The notes under the pieces: generated by a model | The model's database searches: none | Told to the model about the DNA's origin: nothing | Seen by the model: the letters and a program-made list of their open reading frames with translations, nothing else | Part shown: positions 14,301-27,500 of the stretch, piece by piece | Position numbering within the stretch: the stretch's first letter is position 1 | How the letters are laid out: each line of letters opens with the position of its first letter | Translations under genes and position numbers: made by a program | Assembly (NCBI RefSeq): GCF_009914755.1 | Contig: NC_060938.1 | Length of the DNA stretch: 64,000 nucleotides | Direction: 5' to 3' (one strand) | DNA from: the human T2T-CHM13v2.0 reference genome, Homo sapiens

Positions 14301-17300
14301 GTGGAATGGAATGGAATGGAGTGTAAAGGAATGGAGTGGAATGGAATGGAATGGAATGGAATGGAATGGAATGGAATGGAGTGTAAAGGAATGGAGTGGA
14401 ATGGAATGGAATGGAATGGAATGGAATGGAATGGAATGGAACGTAATAGAATGGAATGGACTGCAATGGAATCGAATAGAATGGAATGGAATGGAGTGGA
14501 TTGGAAAGGAATGGAATAGAGTGGAGAGGAATGGAATGGAGGGGAATTAAGTGAAATGGAGTGGAGAGGAATAAAATTGAGTGGAGCTGAATGGAACGCA
14601 GGGGAGTGGAATGGTTCGGAGTGGCATGGAATGGATTGGAATGTAGTGGAAAGGAATGGAGTGATGTGGAATGGAAAGGAATGGAATGGAATGGAGTGGA
14701 ATGGAATGGAATGGAGTGGAATGGAATGCAATTGAGTGCTGTGGAGTGGAGTGGAATGGAATGTAATTGAGTGCAATAGAGTGGAATGGAGTGGAGTGGA
14801 ATGGAATGAATTGGAATGGAATGGAATAGAGTGGAGAGGATTGGAGTGGTGTGGAATGGAGTGGAGTGGACTAGAATGGAGTTCTGTGGAATGGAATGGA
14901 ATCGAAAGGAATGGAATAGAATTTAAAGGAGTGGAGTGGAATGGAGTGTAGTGGTGTGGAATGGAGTGTAGTGGAATGGAATGGAGTGAAGTGGAGTAGA
15001 ATGGGGTTGACTGGAGTGGATTGGAGTGCAGTGGAATAAAATGGAATGGAGTAGAGTGGAGTGGAGTGGAATGGAATGGAATGGAGTGGAGTGTAGTGAA
15101 GTGGAGTGGAGAGGAGTGGAGTGGCGTGGAGTGGAATGGAATGGAGTCGATTGGAATGAAATTGAGTGGAATGGAGTGGAGTGGAGTGGAATGCAAAAGA
15201 GTTGAGTGGAGTGGAATGCAATGGATTGGAGTGGAATGGAATGGAATGGAATTGAATGGAGTGCAATGGAATGGAATGGATTAGAATGGAGTGGAGTGGA
15301 GTGGAATAGAATGCAGTGGCGTGGAATGAACTGGAATGGAGTGGAATGGAATGGAATGGAGTTGAGTGGAATGTAATGTAAAGGAATGGAATGGAATGGA
15401 ATGGAATGGAATGGAATGGAATGGAAAGGAATGGATTGGAATGGAATGGAGTGGAGTAGAGTGGAGTGGAATGGAATGGAATTGAATGCAATGGAGTGAA
15501 ATTGAATGGGATGGAGTGAAATAGAATGGAAAACAGGGCAGTGGAGTGTAGTAGAAAGGAACGGAATGGTGTGGAGTGGAGTGGAGAGGAGTGGATTGGA
15601 GTGGAACAGAATGGAACGGAATGGATTGGAGTGGAGTGGAATGCAGTGGGGTGGAATGCAGTGGATTGGAATGGAGTGGATTGGAGTGGAATGGAATGGA
15701 ATGCAAAGGAATGGAGATTAGTGGGGTGAAGTGGAGTGCAATGGAATGGAATGGAACGGAATGGACTGGATTGGAGTCTAGTGGAATGGACGGGAGTGGA
15801 GTGGAGTGGAATGGAGTTCAGTGTAATGGAGTGCAGTGGAATGCAATGGAGTCAAATAGAATGGAATGGAGGGGAATGAAATGGAGTGGATTGGAATGGA
15901 AAGTCGTGGAGTGGAATGCAATATAAGGTAATTGAGAAGAGCAGAATGGAATGGAACACAGTAGAATGTAGTGGAGTAGAATGGATTGGAATGAAGAAGT
16001 TTGCAGTGGAGTGGAGTGCAGTGGAATTGAATGCAGTTGAATTGATTGGAGTGGAAAGGAGTGGCATGAAATAGAATGCAGTGGCTTTTAATGCAATAGA
16101 GATTAACGGAATGGAAAGGAATAGAGTGTAGTGGAGTGCGGTGCAGTGGAGTGGAGAGTTATGGTATGGAATGGAATGGAGCGGGGTGTAGTGGAGGAGA
16201 GTTGAGTGGAGTGGAATGGAGTGGAATGGAATTGAATTGAGTGCAGTGGAGTGGAGTGGAATGAAGTTAAATGGAATAGAGTGTTGTGGAATTGAATGGA
16301 GTGGAATGGAATGGAATGGAAGGGAACACTTTGACGTAGATTGGAGTGGAATGGAATGGAGTGGAGTGGAATGGAATGGAATGGAGTGGAGTGGAATGGA
16401 ATGGAGAGAATTTGAATGGAATGGAATGCAACGGAGTGGTATAAAATGGAATAGAATGGAGTGGAAAGGGATGGGATGGGGTGGATTAGAATGGAATGGA
16501 GTGGACTGGAATTGAGAAGAATGAAGTGGAAAGGAATGGAGTGGAGTGGAGTGGAATGGAGTGGAGTGGAGTGGAGTGGAATGGAGTGGAGACGAATGGA
16601 GTGAAGTGCAATGGAATGTAGTGGAATGGAATGGAATGGAGTGGAATGGAGAGGAATGGAATGGAGTGGAGTGGAATGGAAAAGCATGGAGTGGAATGGA
16701 ATGGAATGGAGTGGAAAGGAATGGAATGGAGTGGAATGGAGTGGAATCGAGTGGAGTGCAGTGGAAGAGAGTGGAATGGGATGGAGTGGAGTGGAATGGG
16801 ACACAAAGAAATAGAATGGAATCGAGTGGAGTGGGGTGGAGTGAAATGGAAGGAATGGTTATGGAGTGGAGTGGAATGGAGTGGAGTGGAATTGAGTGGA
16901 ATGGAATAGAGTGTAATGGATTGGAATGGAATGGAGTGGAGTGGAATGGAGTGGACTGGATTGGGGTAGAATTCAGTAGAGTGGAATGGAATGGGATGAA
17001 TTGCAGGGTTGTAGATTGGAATGGAATATAGTGGAGTGGAGTGGAATGGATTGGTGTAGAATGGAGTAGAGTGGAGTGGTGTAGAATGGAGTGGAGTGGA
17101 GTGGTGTAGAACGGAGTGGAGTGGAATAGAGTGGAGTGTAGTTGAGTGGATTGCAGTGGAATGGAGTGGAGTGGAGTGAAATGGAATGGAGTAGAGTAGA
17201 ATTAAATGGAGTGGAGTGGAAAGCAATAGAGTGCAATTGAATGGAGTAAAATGGAATGGAATGGAATGGTATAAAATGGACTGAAGTGGAGTGGAGTGCA

Positions 17301-20300
17301 ATGGTATGGAATGGAATGGAATAGAATGGAATGGAGTGGATTGGAATGAACAGGAGTGGAGTGGATTGGATTGGAGTGGTGTGTAGTGGAATGGAATGGA
17401 ATGAATTCGAATGGAATGGAATGGAGTGGAATGGAATGGAATAAAATGGACTGGTATGGAGTGGAGTCGAGTGGAATGGAGTGGAGTGGATTGAAGTGGA
17501 GTGGAATGGAGTGGATTGGAGAGGAATGGAATGCAGTGGAGTGGAATATAATGGAGTCAAGGGGAATGGAATGGAGTAGAATAGAGTGGAATGGAATGCA
17601 GTGGAGTGGAATAAAATGGAGTGGAGGGGAGTGGAATGGAATGGAGTGGAATGGAATGGAGTGCAGTGGAGGAAGTGAGGTGAAAATGAATGGAAAGGAG
17701 TGGAATGGAATATAGTGGTGTGGAGTGGAGTGGAATGCAGTGTAGTGGATTGGAGTGGTGTGGAGTGGAATGGAATGGAATGGAGTGGAATGGAATCGAA
17801 TCGAGTGGAATGGAATGGAATGGAATGGAATGGAGTGGAATGGAATGGAATGGAATGGAATGGAATGGAATGGAATGGAATGGAAATGATTGGAATGGAA
17901 TAGAGTGCAATGGAAAGGAATGCAAAGGAGTGGAGTGGAATGGAATGGAGAGGAGAGGAATGGAATGGAATGGATTTGAATGGAATTCAGTTTAGTGGAG
18001 TGGACTGAAGTGCAATGGAATGGAAAGGATTGGAATGGAATTGAGTGGAATGGAGTGGAATGAAGTGGACTGGATTGAAAGGGAGTGGAATGAAATGTAG
18101 TGGTGTGGAAAGGGATGCAATGGAATGGAATGGAGTGGAGTGCAGTGGATTGGAGTGTAGTGGAATGGAACGGAGTGGAGTGGAATGGAATGGAGTGGAG
18201 TGGAATGGAATGGAGTGTAGTGGAATGGAATGGAGTGAAAGGGAATGGAATGGAATGGAGTGGAGTGGAATGGAATGGAGTGTAGTGGAATGGAATGGAG
18301 TGAAAGGGAATGGAATGGAATGGAATGGAATGGAGTGGAGTGGAGTGGATTGGCGTAGAGTGGAATGGAGGGTGGTGGAGGGAATGGGAGTGGAATGGAG
18401 TGGAATAGAGTGTAAAGGAATAGAGTGGAATGCAGTAGAGTTGAGTAAAATGGAGTGGAATGGAGTGGAATAGTGTGGAGAAGAGTGGAGTGGAATTGAG
18501 TGGAGTGGAGTGGAATGCAATGGAGTGCAATTGGGTGGAAAGGATTGGAGTGGAATGAAATGGAGTGGAGTGTAATGGAATGGAGTTTAATGCAATGGAA
18601 TGAAATGGAGTGGACTTGAATGGAATGGATTGGAATGGAGTTGAATGAAATGGGTTGGGGTGGAATAGATTGGAAAGGAGTGGAGTGGAATGGAATGGAA
18701 TGGAATGGAGTGGAATGCAATGGACTGGAGTGGAGTCTAGTGTAATAGAGTGGAGTGAATTGGAGTGGAATGGAGTGAAGTGGAATAGAGTGCATTGGAA
18801 AGGAATGGAGTCGACTGGAATGGAATGGAGTGGAATGGAGGGGAACGGAATGGAGTGGAGTAGAATGGAAAGGCCTGGAGTGGAATGAAATATAATGGAA
18901 TGGCGAGGAGTGGAATGGAATGGAACAGAATGGAATGGAGTGGAGTAGAATGGAGTGGAGTACAGTGGAGTTGAGTGTAGTGGAATGGAATGCAGTTGAA
19001 TTGAGTATAGTGGAATGCAGTGGAGTGGAATGGAATGAAATTGAGTGGAGTGGAGTGGAAAGGAATGGAGTAGAGTGGGATGGAATGGAGAGGATTGGAA
19101 TGTAGTGGAATTGAGTGGAATAGAGTGGAATGGAGTTTAGTTGAGAAGACTGGAATGGACCGAAAAGGAGTGGAGTGGACTGGATTGGAGTGGAGTGTAG
19201 TGGAATGGAGTGGAGTGGAATGGAGTGGAATGCACTGGAGTGCAGTGGAATGGAGTGGAGTGGAATGGAAGGGAGTGGAGTGGAATGGAATGGAGTGGAT
19301 TGGAATTGAAAGGAATGGAATGGAGTGGAATGGAGTCAATGGAATGGAACTGTATGAAGGGGAATGGAAAGGAGTTGCGTGGAATGGAATGGAGTGGAGT
19401 GGAATGGAAAGAAATGGAATGGAATGGAGGAGAATGGAATGGAATGCAATGGAGAGGAGTGGAGTGGAGAAGTATGAAGTGGAGTGGCAGGGAGAGCAGT
19501 CGAATGGAATGTAGTGGAGTGGAACGGAATGGTGTGGAATGGAATGGAAAGGAATGAAATGGAGTGGAGTTGAAAGGAGTGGAATGGAATGGAATGGAGT
19601 GGAGTGGAAAGTAGTGGAGTGGAGTGGAATGGGGTGGAGTGGAATGGAATGGATTTGAATGTAATGGAAAGGCAACGAATGGAATGGAATGGAGTGAAAT
19701 GGAGAAGAGTTGTGTAGAGTAGGATGGAATGGACTGGAATGGAGTGGAAAGGAGTGGAGTGGAATGAAATGGAGTGGAATGTAATGGAATGCTCTGGCAT
19801 AGTTCGAAGGGAATGGATTGCAGTGGAATGAAGTGGAGTGGAGTGCAGTGGAATTTAGTGGAATGGAATAGAGTTGAGAGGAGTGGAATGGAGTCGATTG
19901 AAGTGGAGTGTTGTGGAATGGAATGGAGTGGAGTGGAGTCTGGTGGAGTGGAATGTAGCTCAGGGGTGTGGAGGGGAATTGAATAGAATACAATGGAGTG
20001 GAATGGAATGTAATAGAGAGGAATGGAATGGAATGGAATGGAATGGAATGGAATGGAATGATGTGGAGTGGAATGGAGTGGAGTGGAGTGGAATGGAATG
20101 GAGTGGAATGGAAGGGAATGTCATAGAGTGGAATAGAGTGTAATGAAAGGCAGTGGAGTGGAATAAAATGGAGTGGAGTGGAATGGAATGGAATTGATTG
20201 GAGTGGAATGGAGTGGACTGCAGTGGAATGGTGTGGAATGGAGTGGAATGGAGAGGTGTGGTGTGGAATGGAATGGAGTGGAGTGGAATGGAATGGAGAG

Positions 20301-21488
20301 GAGAGTAACGGAATGGTGTGGAATGGAACGCAATTGAGTGGAGTGGAAAGGAATGGAGTGGGGTAGAGTGGAATGGAGATGAATGGAATGAAGAGGAGTG
20401 GAATGTAGTGTTAATGAGTGGAGTGGAGTTGAATGAAATGGAGTGGGTGGAAAGGATTGGAGTGCAGTGGAGTGAAGGAGAATGGAGTGGAGTGTAATGG
20501 AATGAAGTGGAATGGAGAGGAGAGAAGTGGAGTCGAGCGGAATGGCATGGAGTGGACTGGAATGGAGTGGAAAGGAATGGAATGGAGTTGAGTGGAATGA
20601 AATGGAATGAAGTGCAGTGGAATGGAGTGGAGTGGAATGGAGTGGAGTGGAATGGAGTGGAATGGAGTGGAGTGGAATGGAGTGGAATGGAGTGGAGTGG
20701 AATGGAGTGGAATGGAGTGGAGTGGAATGGAATGGAATAGAGTGGAATGGAATGGAATGGAGTGGAAAGCAATGGAATGGAATGGAATTTAATGGATTGG
20801 ACACTTGTGTAATGGAATGGAGTGGAATGGAATGGAATATTATAGAGTGGATTGGAATACGGTTGAATGGAATGGAATGGAGTGGAGTGGAGTGCAATGG
20901 AATGGAGTGGACTGGCATAGAATGAAATGGAATAGAATGGAATGGAGTGGAGTGGAGTGGAATGGAAAGGAATGGAGCGGAGTGGAATGGAGTGGATTGG
21001 AGTGGAATGGAATGGAGTGAAGTGCAATGGAATGGAATTAAGCGTAATGGAGTAGAATGGAGAGAAGTGGAATGGAATGAATTGTCATGGACTGGAAAGC
21101 AATGTGGTGGAATGGAGAGGAAAGGAGTGGATTGGAGTGGAATGGAATGGAGTTTAGAGGAATGAAATGGAGTGTAGTGGAATGGAATGGAATACAGAGG
21201 AATAGAGAGGACTGGAATGGAATAGAGTGGAGTGCAGTGGAATGGAATGGGATATATTGGAATGGAATGAAGTGGAGTTGAATGGAGTGGAATACAATGG
21301 AGTGGAGTGGATGGTAACGGAATGGAATGAAGTGGAGTGGAATGGAATGGAATGGAGTAGAGTGGTATGGAATAGAGTCGAGTGGAATGGAGTGGACTGG
21401 AGTGGAATGGAGTGGATTGGAGAAAAGTGAAGTTGAATGGTATGGAATGGAGTGAAATGGAATTTAATGGAGTCGAGAGGAATGAGGT

Positions 21489-21503
21489 GGAATGTTCTGG
21501 AAG
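21489..21503. promoter_or_regulatory. Perfect three-unit heat-shock element motif gGAAt-gTTCt-gGAAg (motif only)
   Basis: GGAATGTTCTGGAAG matches nGAAnnTTCnnGAAn. There is no functional evidence. Confidence 0.3.
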
Positions 21504-24500
21504 GGAGTGGAGTGGAATGGAGTGGTATTCAGTGGAGAGGAGTGGAATTGAGTGGAGTGGAGTGGAATGGATTGGATTGGAGTGGAATGGAGTGGAGTGG
21601 AATGGAGTGGAAGTGATTCGAGTGGATTTCAATTGAATGGAGAGGAGAGGAATGGAATGGAGTGGAGTGGAGTGGAATGGAAGGGAATTTAGTGGAATGG
21701 GTTGGAGTGGACTGGAAAGGAGTAGACTGGAATGGAATGGAGTGTAGTGTAGTAGAGTGTAGTAGAGTAGAGTGGAAAGGAGTGTAGTAGAGCATGGTGG
21801 AGTGGAGTGGAATGGAATGGAGTGGAGTGGAATGGAGTGTAGTGCACTGGAATGGAGTGGGATGGAATGGAGTGGAGTGGAATGGTATGGAATTGAGTGG
21901 ACTGGAGTGGAATTGAATGGAGTGGAGTGGAGTGCTATGAAGCGGAGTGGAATGGGGTGCAGTGGAATAGAATGGATTGGAATGGAATGGAAGGGAGTGG
22001 AATAGAGTGAAATGGAGTGTAGTGGAGTAGAATTGAATGGAATGGAGTGGAATGGAATGGGGTGTAGTGGAGAGGAGTGGAATGGAATGGAATGGAATGG
22101 AAATGAGTAGAATATAGTGGAGTGAAATTGAATGAAACGAAATGGAATGGAGTGGAGTGGATTGGAGTCGAGTGGAGTCGAATGGAATGGAGTAGAGCAG
22201 AATTAAACGGAGTGGAGAGGAAGCGAATGGAGTGCAATTGAATGGAGTAAAATGGAATGGAATGGAATTGAATGGAATGAAATGGAGTGGGGTGGAGTTG
22301 GGTGCAATGGTATGGAATGGAATGGAATGGAATCGAGTGGATTGGAATGGACAGGAGTGGAGTGGATTGGAGTGGTGTGGAGTGGAATTGAATGGAATGG
22401 ATTGGAATGGAATGGAATGGAATGGAGTGGAATGGCATGGAATGCAATGGATTGGAATGGGGTGGCTTGGAGTTGAATGGAGTGGAGAGGATTGAAGTGG
22501 AGTGGAATGGAGTTGATTGGAGAGGTATAAAATGCAGTGGTGTGGAATATAATGGAGTGAAGGGGAAAGTAATGTAGTAGAATGGAGTGGAATATAATGC
22601 AGTGGAGTGGAATAAAATTGAGTGGATGGGAATGGAATGGAATGGAGTGGAATGGAATGGAGTGCAGGGGTGTGGAGTGGAGAGAAAATGAGTGGAAAGG
22701 AGTGGAATGGAATGGAGTGCTGTTGAGTGGATTGGAATGCACTGGAGTGGATTAGAGTGTTGTGGAGTGGAATGGAATGGAATAGAATGGAATGGAATAG
22801 AATCGAATCGATGGGAAAGGAATGGAATGGAATAGAATGGAATGGAATAGAGTGCAATGGAATGAAATGTAAAGGCGTGGAGAGGAATCGAATGGAATGG
22901 AGATGAATGGAATTGAGTTTAATGGAGTGGACTGGAGTGGAATGGAATGGAAAGCAGTGGAATTTAAAGGAGTGGAATGGAGTGGAATGGAGTGGAGTAG
23001 ATTGGAAGGGAGTGGAATGGAATGGAGTGGAGTGGAAAGGGATGGAATGGAATGGAACTGAGTGGAGTGCAGCGGAGTCTAGTGTAGTGTAATGGAATGG
23101 AGTGGAATGGAGAAGAGTGGAATGGAATGGAGTGAAAGGGAATGGAATGGAATGGAATGGAGTGGAATGTATTGGAGTGGATAGTAGCGGAGTGGAATGG
23201 AGTGTGCTGGAGTGAATGGGAGTGGATTGGAGTAGAATGGAGTGTAGTGGAATGGAGTGGAGTGCAGTAGATTGTAATAGAATGTAGTGGAATGGAATGG
23301 AGTGTTGTTGAATGGAATGGAGTGGAATGGAATGGAATGGAGTGGAATGGAATGTAGAGGAATGGAATGGAATAGTGTGGAAAAGAGTGGAGTGGAATTG
23401 AGAGGAGTGGAGTGGAATGGAATGGGGTGGAATGGATTGGAGTGGAATGGAATGGAGTGGAGTGGAATGGAATGGAGTGGAGTTGAATAGAATGGATTTT
23501 AATGCATTTGAATGAAATGGAGTGGACTTGAAAGGAATGGAATGGAATGGTATGGAATTGAAAGGAAGAGAGTTGAATGAAATGGTTTGGGGTGGAATAG
23601 AATGGCATGGAGTGGAGTGGAATGGAATGGAAAGGAGTGGAAAAGAATGGACTGGAGTGGAGTCTAGAGGAATGGAGTGGAGTGGATAGGAGAGGAATGG
23701 AGTGGAGTGTAATGGAGTGCAGTGAAATGGAATGGAGTCGAAAGGAATGAAATGTAGTGGAATGGAGTGGAATGGAGTGGAGTTGAGTAGAATGCAAAAG
23801 CGTGCAGTGGAATACAATATAATGGAAAGGAAAGGAGTGGAATGAAATGGGACAGAATGGAAAGGAGTGGAGTAGAATGGAGTGGAGTGCACTGGAGTGA
23901 AGTGTAGTGGAATGGAAGGGAGTTGAATTGAGTGGAGTGGAGAGGAGTGGAGTCGAATGGAATGGAGAGGAGTTGAATGGAATGGAGTGTAATCGAATGG
24001 AATGGAATGGAGTAGAGTGGAGTGCAGTGGAGTGGAGTGGATTGGAATGGAGTGAAATGGAAAGGAGTGGGGTGTAATGGAGTGGACTTATGAGGAGTGG
24101 AATGGAGTGTAGTAGAAATGAGTGGAGTGCAGTGGAGTGAAGTGAAATGGAGTGGAATGGAATACAGAATTGTGGAACTGAATGGAGTGGAATGGAATGT
24201 TATGGAATAGAATGGAATAGAATTGAACAGTTTGGAGTAGAGTGGAGTGGAATGGAATGGAGTGGAGAGGAATGGAATGGACTGGAGTGGAATGGAATGG
24301 AGTGTTGTTGAATGGAATGGAGTGGAATGGAATGGAATAGTGTGGAGAAGATTGGGGTTTCATTGAATGGAGTGGAGTGGAATGGAATCGAGTGGAATCG
24401 AGTGGAATGGAGTGGAAGGAGTGGAGTGGAATGGAATGGAGTGGAGTGGTATGGGATCGACTTTAATGGAATGGAATGAAATGGAGTGTACTTGAATGTA

Positions 24501-27500
24501 ATGGAATGGAATGGTATAGAATGGAATGGAATAGAGTTGAATGAATGGGGTTAGGTTGAAATAGAATGGAATGGAGTTGAGTGGAATGGAATGGAATTGA
24601 ATGGAGTGGAAAGGAATGGAATAGAGTGGAGTCTAGTGGAATGGAGTTTAATGGGGTTGAGTGGAATGGAGCGGAGTGTAATGGAGTGTAATGGAATGGA
24701 ATGGAGTCGAATGGAATGGAATGGAGTGGAATGGAGTGGAGAGAGGTGGATTGGAAAGGCGTGGAATGCAATGCAATATAATGGAATGGAATGAAATGGA
24801 ATGGAATGGAATGAAATGGAATGGAATGCAATGGAATAGTTTGGAGTAGAGTGGAGTGGAATGGATTAGAGTGGAGTGGAATGGAATGGAGTGGAATGGA
24901 ATGGAGTGGAGTGGAATGGAGTGGAGTGGAGTGGAATGGAGGGGAGAGGAGAGGAATGGAACGGCATGGAGTGGAACGGAATGGAATGGAATTAAATGGA
25001 ATGTAATGGATCAGAGTGGACTGGAATGGAGTGGAATGGAGAGGAAATGAGTGGAGTGGAGTGGAATGGAGTGGAATGGAATGCAGTAGAGTGGAATGGG
25101 ATGCAATGAAATAGTATGGAGTGGAGTTCATTGGATTGGAGTGTAGTGAAACGGAATGAAAAGTAATGGAGTGGAGTGTAATGGAGTGGAGTGGAATGGA
25201 ATGGAGTGGAGTGGATTGGAATGGAGTGTAATCGATTGGAATGGAATGAAGTGGAGTGGAGTAGAATGGAGAGGAGTGGAATGGAATGGAATGCAATGCA
25301 ATGGGATGGATTTAATTGGAATTGAGTGGAATGGAATGGAGTGGAGTGCAGTGGAATGGAATGCAATAAAACGGAATGGAGAGGAGTAGAGTGTATTGGA
25401 GAGGAATGCAATGGAGTGCAGTTGAATAGAGTCGAGTGGATGGAATGGAGGGGAATGAAATGGAGTGGAGTGGAACGTAGTAGAATTGAGTGTAATGGAG
25501 TAGAATGGAATGAAGTGGAGTGGAGTGGAGTGGAATTGAATGGAATGGCAAGAAGTGGACTGGAACTGAATGGGGTGGAGTGGAGAAGAGTGGACTGCTG
25601 CGGAGTGTAATGCAGTGGAATGAAATGGAGTGAATGGAATGGAGTGCAGTGGAATGGAATGGAGTACGAAGGAATGGAGTGGAGTGGAGTGGAATGGAGT
25701 GGAATGGAATGGAGTGGAGTGGAGTGGAATGTAGTGGAATGGCATGGAGTGGAGTGGAATGCAATGGAGTGGAGTGGAGTGGAATGTAGTGGAATGGCAT
25801 GGAGTGGAGTGGAATGTAATGGAGTGGAATGGAATGGAGTGGAGTGGAATGCAATGGAGTGGAATGCAATGGAATGAAATGGAGTAGATTGGAATGGAGT
25901 GGAGTGGAATGAACTGGAATGACATGAAATGGAATGGAGTGGAATGGTGGGATATGGAGTAGAGTGGAGTGGAGTGGAATGGAACGGAGTGGAGTGGAGT
26001 GCAATGGAGTGGAATGGTATGGAATGGAATGGAGAGAATTGGAATGGAATGGAATGGAATGGAATGGAAAGGGATAGAATGGAGTGGTGTGGAATGGAAT
26101 GCAGTGGAGTGGAGTGGAGTGCTGTGGAACGGAATGGAAGTGAATGGAGTGGAGACAGACGAAGTCGAGTGGAGCACAGCGTAGTGGAATGGAGTGGAGT
26201 GGAGTGCACTGGAGGGCAGTGGAGTGGAAAGGAATCGAATGGAGTGCAGTGTAACGGAGGGCAGTGGAGTGGAATGGAGTGGAATGCAATGGAGTGGAGT
26301 GAAATTGAGAGGAGTGGAATGGGATGTTTTGGAGTGGAATGGAATGGAATGGAGTACAATGGGGTGGAATGGAGTGGAAGGGAGTGGAGTGGAGCAGAAT
26401 CGAATGGAGTGAAATGGAATGAATTGGAAAGGAACGGAGTAGACAGTTATCGAACGGAAAGGAATGGAATGGAATGAAGTGGAGTGAAGTGGAGTCAAGT
26501 GGAATGCAATGGAGTGGAATTGAATGGATTGGATTGGAGTGGAATGGAGTGGAGTGGAATGGAGGGGAGTGGAGTGGAGTGGAATGGAGAGCAGTTAAAT
26601 GAATTGGATTTCAATGGAATGGAATGAACTGCAATGGAATATAATGGAATGGAAAGGAAAGGAATGGAATGGAGTGGAATGGAGTGGAGAGGAGTGGAAT
26701 GAAATGGACTGGAAAGTAAGGGAATGGAATGGAATGGAATGGAATAGATTGGAGTGGAATAGAAAGGAATTGAGTGGAATGGAATGGAGTGGAGAGAAAC
26801 TGGAGTGGATAGGAATAAAACGGGGTGAGGTGGAATGGAATGGAGTGGAGTAGATTAGAGGAGCGTGGAGTGGAGTGGAATGGAATGGAGTGGGGTAAAA
26901 TGGAGGGGACTGGAGTGGAATGCAGTGGAGTGGTGTAGAGTGCAATGGAATGGATTGGAAAGGAATGGAGAGGAAAGGAACTGAATGGAATGGAAAGGAA
27001 TGGAATGGAGTGTATTGGAGTGCAGTGGAGTTGTGTGGAGTGGACTAGAATGGAGTGGAATTGAATGGAGTCGACTGGAATGGAATGGAGTGGAGTGGAT
27101 TGGAATCGAGTGGAATGGAATTAAATGGAATGGAGTGGAGTTGAATGGAGTGGACTGGAATGGAGTCGAGTAGAGTGGAATGGCATTGAATGGAATGGAA
27201 TGGAATGGAATGAAAAGGAATGGAACTGAGTAGAGTGGAATCGAAAGGAATAGAATGGATTGGAATCGAATGCAGAGCCATGGAATGGAATGGAATGGAG
27301 TAGAATGGAATGGAATGGAACGAAGTGGTGTGGAATAGAATGCAGTGAAGTTGAGAGGAATGGAGTGGAATGGAATGGAATGGAATGGAGTGGAGATCAA
27401 TGGAATGGAGTGGAGTGGAGGAAGTGGAGTATAATGGTATAGAATGGAGTAATGAGGAGTAGAGTGGAGTAGAGAGAAGCAGAGTGAAATGGAGTGCAGC

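Noticed and set aside
16321-16342. Non-satellite-looking patch AGGGAACACTTTGACGTAGATT
   Set aside because: It is too short to assign, phase is preserved, and no convincing inversion or donor could be reconstructed.
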